Below, in pieces: positions 33,013-40,131 of a DNA stretch of 40,131 nucleotides. The number at the start of each line of letters is the position of its first letter. Position 1 is the first letter of the stretch. The DNA is from Nemertoderma westbladi. Its lineage: Eukaryota; Animalia; Xenacoelomorpha. Location: positions 1 through 40,131 of the forward strand of contig JAUCBJ010001974.1 in the NCBI GenBank assembly GCA_032718475.1, read 5' to 3'. Under the pieces are notes generated by a model, which was not told the origin of the DNA, made no database searches, and saw only the letters and a list, made by a program, of their open reading frames with translations. The translations under genes were made by a program, and so were the position numbers.

Positions 33013-34575
33013 CCCTATTAAACCCGGGGGGGGGGGGGGTGGGGTCAATATGACCCTTCCCGTGGTTTTTTTATTATAATTCTGAAACAAACGCAGTTGG
33101 GAATCTGAAATTTTATGACTTTTCCTAAAAATCTATTGTCTTCCTAGTAGTGAAAACCGTTTTCAAAAATATTGGGTACTTATCGAGTTATAGCACCATA
33201 TTTTAACCCTACTTTTGGCACTTTTTTTGAGACGTTTTTTGAAAATTACATTTCATTAAATATGAATTGTAACATCTCTATTTTTGATTTACACCGGTTT
33301 TTTGGTGTTAGAAATTGGATGGAATTCATGTAAATTGATTTAGAAATTTCAAACTTGTTTTTTTCGGTGGGTGCCAAATTTTGGTGCCAGCACCAAATTT
33401 TGAAATAAGTCAATTTTGTAAATTGATTGTTTGAAACTTGTTTTTTACGTAATTGGGGTTTTTTGGGGTTCTGGATTCGATGAAATATATACGAGTTGCA
33501 CCAAGCGTATCAAACTTGTATTTTTCGGTGCTGTGTGCAAATTTTGGTGCTAGCACGAAATTTTGAAAATCCATTCAATAGATAAAATTGCTTGTGACAA
33601 TTTATTTCTTGCGGTTTAGAGGTTTATGGCTGTTCTGAATTCAATGGAAAATATAATTATCGAACTGGACATCTCAAACTTGTATTTTTCGGATGTGGGT
33701 GCAAAATGTAGTGCTAGCACCAAATTTTGAAAACCATCAAATATATCAATTGATTGTGTCACCTTGTTTCTTGAGTTATACGGGTTTGTGATGGTTCTGA
33801 ATTCAATGTAATCAGTAAAAATTTCATAAGAGTTCTCAAACTTGTATTTTTCGCCGGTGGGTGAAAATTGTTGTGCCAGCACCAAATTTTGGAAAATATG
33901 CAAATTGATAAGTAGATAGTATCGCCTTGTTTCTTGCGTTATACGGGTTTATGAGGGTCCTGAATCCGATGGAATCAATAAAAACAGCACTGGACATCGC
34001 AAACTTGTACTTTTTGGTGATGGGTACGAAATTTGGTGCTAGCACCAAAATTTGCCAAATTACGCCGAAAAATACAAGTAGCAATGATCTGGCATATTAG
34101 AAATGTATTCCATTAGAATCAGCGCCCTCGAAAACCTGAAAATGTGAATTTATAGCATCGTATAAGTGAATTAAAAATTTTGTGTTCTAACTGAAAAGTG
34201 CTGGTTACTTGTTTTTTTCATTTTTTTCCTACGCAGTGAGGACTAAACAGCCATTTATAGTAATCATATCATTTTTTAATATTTTCCAATGTATTTTGCA
34301 CCCCAGAAAACCTGTATTAAAAATATTTAGCCGAAAATGTAACTTTCAAATTTTGTGAAAATTGTGCACTACTTGTAATTTTGGTGCTGCAATATAACCA
34401 CCCCAGTACATTTTTTCGAAAATTTTTTTTTCGGTCGGATCCAGACAAGTGATACCTACGTACAAACAAAAAATCAGACGTTTTCGTAAATATTTGTAGA
34501 TTTTAGAGGGTGGGGTCAATATGACCCCCCCCCCCCGGTATTTGTACAACATTTTATAGCCCGGTACTAATAGGG
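33013..34575. mobile_element. piggyBac-type MITE, complete, with internal ~162-bp tandem repeats
   Basis: TTAA|CCCTATTA...TAATAGGG|TTAA (TTAA at 33009-33012 and 34576-34579). Subterminal palindrome GGGGTCAATATGACCC(C) near both ends. AAACTTGTWTTTTT units at ~33351, 33511, 33677, 33838, 34001. No transposase. Confidence 0.9.
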
Positions 34576-34766
34576 TTAAACAGCCTACTAATATACAATA
34601 TATACAATCAAATAATACTGGGTAAGTACCGGTTCGGGTTACTAGGCCTACAGTTTACCGTCCGACCGGTACGTTCGATTTTATTGCCTACTGAGCAATA
34701 AAGAAACTAAAATCTATTAATGTTCGCCCTTTCAGACCTTTAGCAGTTTACCCTGCCAATTTTAAA

Positions 34767-35859
34767 TGTCCTTTTTATTATGAATCGACTTTGCCCGTAC
34801 CAATTACCTGGTGCACTGAATTTACATCTGCCGAAGCCAGTCCGAGCGCGGCGTATGACCCACGGTGTGGGAGACTGGATTCGGGTTCCGGAGGAAATAT
34901 TGAGGTGTAAGCTACTTTGTATTATTCGATTGATCGCTACTATATAATCTCTGACAACTATATTTACTTTCGGGGAAATATTAACAGTTCCTTTAGGACG
35001 TGGCGCTTTAAGTATAAAAACAGAGTTATGATTTACACTAATCACAAATAGATGGCCACAGAGTTTCGTAAATAGCGCATTCTTTAGGAGATGCTTTATT
35101 AACCTTCACACGACTTCACACTACTTCACACTAATTTACACAAATTCACACTAATTTGCCGACCGTCACTGATTTTGATCATATATAAGGAGGATTGCAA
35201 CTGACACAAATAGGGATTATGAAATAGCATTTAATTCACACAAAACCCACTATAATTTGAGTCACAGTTGCAACCGGTAAACTCTTTCACTGCTTACCTC
35301 AGTAATCAAGAAGATTGAGGGGTTTACGATTATTTATCGGTATTTTCCAAATATAACATCCATTAATATAAACAACAATTAACACAATATAAAACAGGAT
35401 TAAAACAGTGCGGTGAACAGTCAGTATGTGTTCATGAAGTTCAGTGTTCCAGTATGACAAGTGTATGATCAGATATGCCCCGATGTGGTTTGCATGTGTC
35501 AAGTTAATAGATTTACGTCCTTATAACTCCAGCCATCAGATGTTCTAGGGCTAAAGTCTGAAACGTCCGTACTTAGTACAGAATTCTGAGAGGAATCTAA
35601 TTCTCAGAAAAACGATAACTAAATGCGCATGCGCTAGTTTCCTCAGGTAGGTCTCTACTGGTATAACTAGGAAGATTGCTCTGATTGGCTGAATAAGCTT
35701 GAACAAAGAGATCTCCACGTACACAAAGAATCAGCTGAAAGATTTAGTCATCTTGGTTCTAATTTCTTTCCGACGCGTAGTTGAACAAATTTAGGGCTAT
35801 TTTAGAGTATTCTGCGCATTGCGTAAAAATGACTTGTTATGTCCGCAAAAGCTTTTACA
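34767..35859 (-). repeat. Putative 5' LTR of family A, copy 3
   Basis: Starts TGTAAAAGC on minus; homologous to the other two copies; inner boundary tentative. Confidence 0.55.
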
Positions 35860-36275
35860 AACCCAGGATAAGACATATCGAGGTGCGAGATTACCTAGGA
35901 GAGCTGCTTTCAGAAGTGGCACATGATGTGGAAATAGAACCAAAGGTTTAAAACCTTTATGCGCTTCAAACCCAAGGACTATTAGCTCGGCATACCAAAG
36001 GCACGAGGGGGAAAAACGGCGCAAGTATGAAGAGCGCATCCAGGAAATCAAACATACAGGGTTTTGTTCATTTATTTTGGCTGCTACAGGCGGTGCCACT
36101 AGGAGTGCACATGCTCTTATTAATAGAATCGCACTCCTACTGTCTGTAAAAAGAGATGCACCATAATCAACCACCATCGGCCTAATTCGAACCCGCCTCA
36201 GTTTCGCCCTACAGCGTTCTGCGTTCATGTGCCTCAGAGGTGTCCGAGTCTCAAAGGCCAGACGTAGGCCTACTT
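35860..36275 (+). pseudogene. 3' fragment of a CRE-type (restriction-like endonuclease) non-LTR retrotransposon
   Basis: Manual translation: RHIEVRDYLGELLSEVAHDVEIEP...HEGEKRRKYEERIQEI...ILAATGG...IRTRLSFALQRSAFMCLRG, with stops and an internal deletion. Confidence 0.75.
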
Positions 36276-36382
36276 ATCAATCACAGGGCGAAACTGGAGT
36301 ATGGTGTGTAGTAGCAGAGGCCCATATCCCAGACAGGGATGTGTATTATCCTCTTTGGTTGTTAATACCTATTCTCGTATTG

Positions 36383-36816
36383 GGATAGTTATAAAACCCG
36401 AAAATAACGAAAAAGACGAATTTATCAGCGAAAATATCCAAATTATCAAACAATCTACAATATCTCGCTTTCCAGTGAGATCGGTATTATTAGAAGGCAC
36501 ACTTTACATTTTTAATTAATAAAATCCTATAATTTCGCCCCATTTTCGACCTTAAAGGTAATTTAATACCAAATACTGTCTGCTGGTTGGTTGTTGGGTG
36601 TTGACCAATAATGGCAGCTTGGATGAATCAACTCAGCATCAGCAGATCAGTATGGGGGCCTACAGGTGTGTTACTGTACAAGCATGGTACGGTAGAGCCT
36701 GAAGCGGCAAAGTTGAAAGAAGACTGGAAAGCGGGATTATATTTATAGTTTTATAATTTCGATATTTTCGTTAATAATTTCGTCTTTTTCGTTTTTTTCG
36801 GGTTTTATAACTATTC
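36383..36816. mobile_element. MITE with ~60-bp TIRs and 9-bp TSD (Mutator- or Merlin-like)
   Basis: GGATAGTTATAAAACCCGAAAA... and ...TTTTCGGGTTTTATAACTATTC; CTCGTATTG at 36374-36382 and 36817-36825. Confidence 0.88.
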
Positions 36817-37299
36817 CTCGTATTGGCATATTTATTGTTATTTTCTTTTTTAAGATATAATGTCGGATTGATTAAATACTATTAATTAATATGAAATTAA
36901 TTAATTTGCATTCCGTGTAAGGTTAAACAAAAAAACCTCCATTGGGTCATTGAGTTTGTAATTGTAATTTTTCAGATAATTGACTTTCTATATTCTGTGG
37001 TAATGAAAATAAATAGCATCATTGTAATCCTTCAGTAGGCCTAGTTATTGCAACATTGCTAGCTCTTATCAATATGTAACTGTAGTATCTAAACTGGGTT
37101 TGGCCGTCGTCACCCTGTATACTCACGCCTCATCCTGGTTATTACTGTACTCTTTTAATCATACCTACGCTATGATTCACGCTAAGTCAATATTACATCC
37201 ATGGTTATTACCCATCCTAATTATATTGTCTATTGGTTTGGTATTATTCACTAACAGTGTTTTTTGTCAATTGGCGGGGGGGGGGGGGGGGGGGGGGGG

Positions 37300-40131
37300 A
37301 TTTCCATCACGACCAACAAAGCCATTGGTGAATCTGAGGCAAGTCACTAGACTAGCCTCAGTAAACACCCTAACACTCGGGTCCCCAATGCGACAAGATG
37401 AGCTGACTGCCTTGGCAGATATGCTTTCTCTTAGCGCAGTGCGGGTGTTCTAAGAGCACCGAATGCAGACGGGACAGACTGATGAGGTTCTGATTAAGGA
37501 CATAGAGGGCGGTTGGCGACTCGCCCTCGCGTCAGCAGATGATAGTGGCAATGGTGGTATTGGTCTATTGATGAATCCAACTGCACATGCAGCATTGGAC
37601 AAAATAGACCAAATCTCTAACCGCATCATAAGTTGCGACTTCTCATGTTCTGGAAGACTGGCTAAGAAGTTTCCTAAGGTGGTTCTGCTTGTGTGCTACT
37701 CTCGAACTACAGTAGTGTTGCCCATGTAGAGGAGGTGGAAAATTTCTACCACAATCTACAAGCAGCTACTGATGGAGTGGATCAGCTTGCATTCTTAACA
37801 TTCCTGGGAGACTTTAATGCAAGTCTGCATCAATCACCTACATCGCCCTGGGTCTATAGCAATAGTGTTAACCGAAATTCCGTCCATCTTCAGGGTTTAA
37901 TCTCTGGAAATGGATTGTTTTCGGCTGGAACCCAGTTCAAGAAGCGAACTGGAAAGCTATGGACTCATAGTGGACCCAGTGGTCACAAGTCCCAGATAGA
38001 CCATATTCTGTTTCGTAGGAAATACAGGAGCTCTATACAAGACTGTAATGCATTTACACTTCGATCCTTCTCCAGTGATCACCGCCTTATTGTGGCCAAG
38101 GTAAGACTTAGTCTGCGTGCTAGCAGAACAACGAAATCTGCCTTGCCGCGGCATGACTGGTCCTCTCTGTTGCAACAGCCAAGTGTGAGATCCAGCTTCA
38201 CACTACAGCTGAGCAACAGGTATGAGGTTCTTGCCTCTGAGGCGGCAGATTACTGTGAGGGCTATACTGCCTTCACAGAAGCAGTTAAGTTAGCAGCTGC
38301 AGAAACAGTTCCTGTATACCCTCGAAACAGGAAAAGGGCCCCGTGGACTGACAACAAAATTCAGAAGTGCCGAAATGACCTTACTATAAGGCGCAGAAAG
38401 AGTCCCGACTCAAACAGACTACAGCGGCCAAGAATGCAGTTAAGGCTGCATCTAGGTCCCTGAACAGGCAGTACTCTGCTAATCTACAGGAGCTAATAAA
38501 CCAACAGGTTGATGCCATCAATGATGCTGACGACAGCAGGCAATCATCCCAGGCATGGAAATCGATCAACTTGCTTACTGGTCGGAAAAGCCAACCAACC
38601 ACCAAGGTTAAGGCTGAATCACCAGCCGATCGCCTCAATGGTTGGAAGGCCCACTTTGAAAAGCTCCTCAATAATGACAGGGTATTGCCTGATAACTTTA
38701 TAGAAGTAAAAGTGTCTGAGTCTGTACTCCCAGATATTCCCATTGGCGATATCTCCTTTGCAGAAGTGAAGGCTGCTGCAAAGAGCATTAAGACCAATCG
38801 TGCCCGTGGAGTAGATGGTGTTCCCCCTGAGGTCTTTAAAATACCTGAGTGTTTAAAGCTTATCTATCCCATCATAGTAGACATGTACCGAACAACAAGA
38901 GTCCCACAAGAAATGAAAACAAATAAGTTGGTGCCAGTTCCCAAGAAGGGCAACCTAACACTCTATGGTTCTTTTCGGGGAATCTCATTGATCTCGATTG
39001 CTGCAAAGCTATACAATAGGATTCTATTAAATCGCATCAGGGATCCCATTGAGAGACTGCTCCGTAGAAATCAGAATGGGTTCCGTAAAGGTCGTGGGAC
39101 CATGGAGCCCATTTTGGAACTTAGAAGGATAATTGAAGAGTTATCAAAAAAGAAAGACAGGCATCTGGCTGTTATCTTTGTTGACTTCTTCAAGGCATTT
39201 GATTCAGTCTCTCGCTCACGTATGTTCAGCATACTTTCATTATATGGTATTCCTGATGAAATTATTGCAGCAATCAGATCAGTATACGATGGTTCGACAA
39301 CATTTGTGTCTACTGTTGACGGTGACACAGAACCATTTGAAGTGTTATGGGGCGTCCCCCAAGGAGACACACTTGCACCATTCTTGTTCATTATTGTGGT
39401 TGACTATGTTCTACGCATGTCCTTAGATCATTATAATGATGATGAGGTGATGATAACTCCACCTACTGGCTCCAGAAGTCGAGGAAATCCTGCCAAGTAC
39501 CTAACTGATCTAGACTTTGCTGATGACTTAGGAGTACTCTCAGAATCATTAGAGGGAGCCCAACGGCTCCTCAGCTCATTAGAACATGCTGCTTCTAGTG
39601 TTGGTCTTTTTATTAACTCCAGAAAGACCAAAATTCTGACAGTTAACTTTGAAAGTCCTCAGCAAGTCTCTGATCGGATGAGCATAAGCTCAAAGAATGG
39701 TATGCTTGAGCATGTGGATGACTTCTGTTACCTGGGATCATGGATCCGGAAGTCAGGTGAGGACCTTCGAATACGTAAGGGAAAGGCATGGGCAGCCTTG
39801 AATAGGCTTTCCAGGATTTGGAAGTCACCGAGAATTAATCGGAAACTTAAGGTCCGATTATTTAGAGCAGCAGTAGTTCCAGTACTCCTCTATGGGAGTC
39901 CATGCTGGGCTCTAACTGCTGAGGACACCAAATCTCTGGATGGCACATTCACAAGAATGCTACGCCGGGTTCATTGTGTCAAGTACAATGCACACATCTC
40001 CAACCAGACACTATATAACATTGGAGGTGTCTCATTGGTTCCCCCAAGCTTGACACTAGAACAAAATCGCCTCCGCTTTGCAGGACATTGCTTTCGCCGT
40101 GAGGACCAGCCAGTGCATAATCTTGTACTTT
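37300..40131 (+). mobile_element. RTE-group LINE (APE endonuclease + RT), frameshifted, runs off the window
   Basis: APE motifs GDFNA, SQIDHIL, SDHRL. RT frame open from ~38415 to the window end with PVPKKG, QNGFRKGR, FVDFFKAFDSV, GVPQGDTLAPFLF, DFADD, YLGS. Stop at ~37451; frameshifts near 37705 and 38412. Confidence 0.92.

Larger units (their letters stand above)
29600..35859 (-). mobile_element. BEL/Pao family A, copy 3 (LTR-like block + leader + broken gag 32678-29600), 3'-truncated
   Basis: Colinear similarity to 4160-6720 and 12745-14238; gag ATG at 32678; several stops and frameshifts. Confidence 0.85.

Noticed and set aside
33616-35502. Short ORFs in the MITE and LTR regions, also 13470-13757 and 35797-36228
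   Set aside because: Chance frames in repeats; the last is antisense to the CRE-type fragment.
1-40131. Uni-strand piRNA cluster
   Set aside because: BEL elements are on minus but the Gypsy, CRE fragment and LINE are on plus; cannot be supported without small-RNA data.

Overview
Animal (probably invertebrate) genomic DNA made up almost entirely of nested transposable elements. It contains: (i) three copies or fragments of one BEL/Pao LTR-retrotransposon family ('family A', minus strand; LTR-like ends at 946, 14238, 35859); (ii) a young full-length Ty3/Gypsy element (7900-12233, +; 200-bp LTRs, ATGT target duplication, -1 gag/pol frameshift signal, one nonsense codon in RT) inserted in family A; (iii) a second, degenerate BEL/Pao element ('family B', ~17140-29600, minus) whose gag-pol is followed by a ~1250-codon, apparently spliced accessory gene (unknown N-terminus, DEDDy 3'-5' exonuclease, three CCHC knuckles); (iv) an intact intronless gene for an EVH1/PH-like, proline-repeat, CARD protein with retrocopy-like 3' end; (v) two piggyBac-type MITEs, a 9-bp-TSD MITE, a tRNA-like Pol III head, a CRE-type non-LTR fragment and an RTE-group LINE running off the window. 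The most striking unexplained signal is a 20-bp near-palindrome (GGTAGGCT-CGCA-AGCCTTCC). I found it 11 times, always in one orientation and only within family B, in non-coding DNA and in two different reading frames, with one compensatory stem change. With the accessory gene it suggests an element-encoded protein plus cis-target system, which is inference only. All domain calls are by-eye motif recognition, not database searches.
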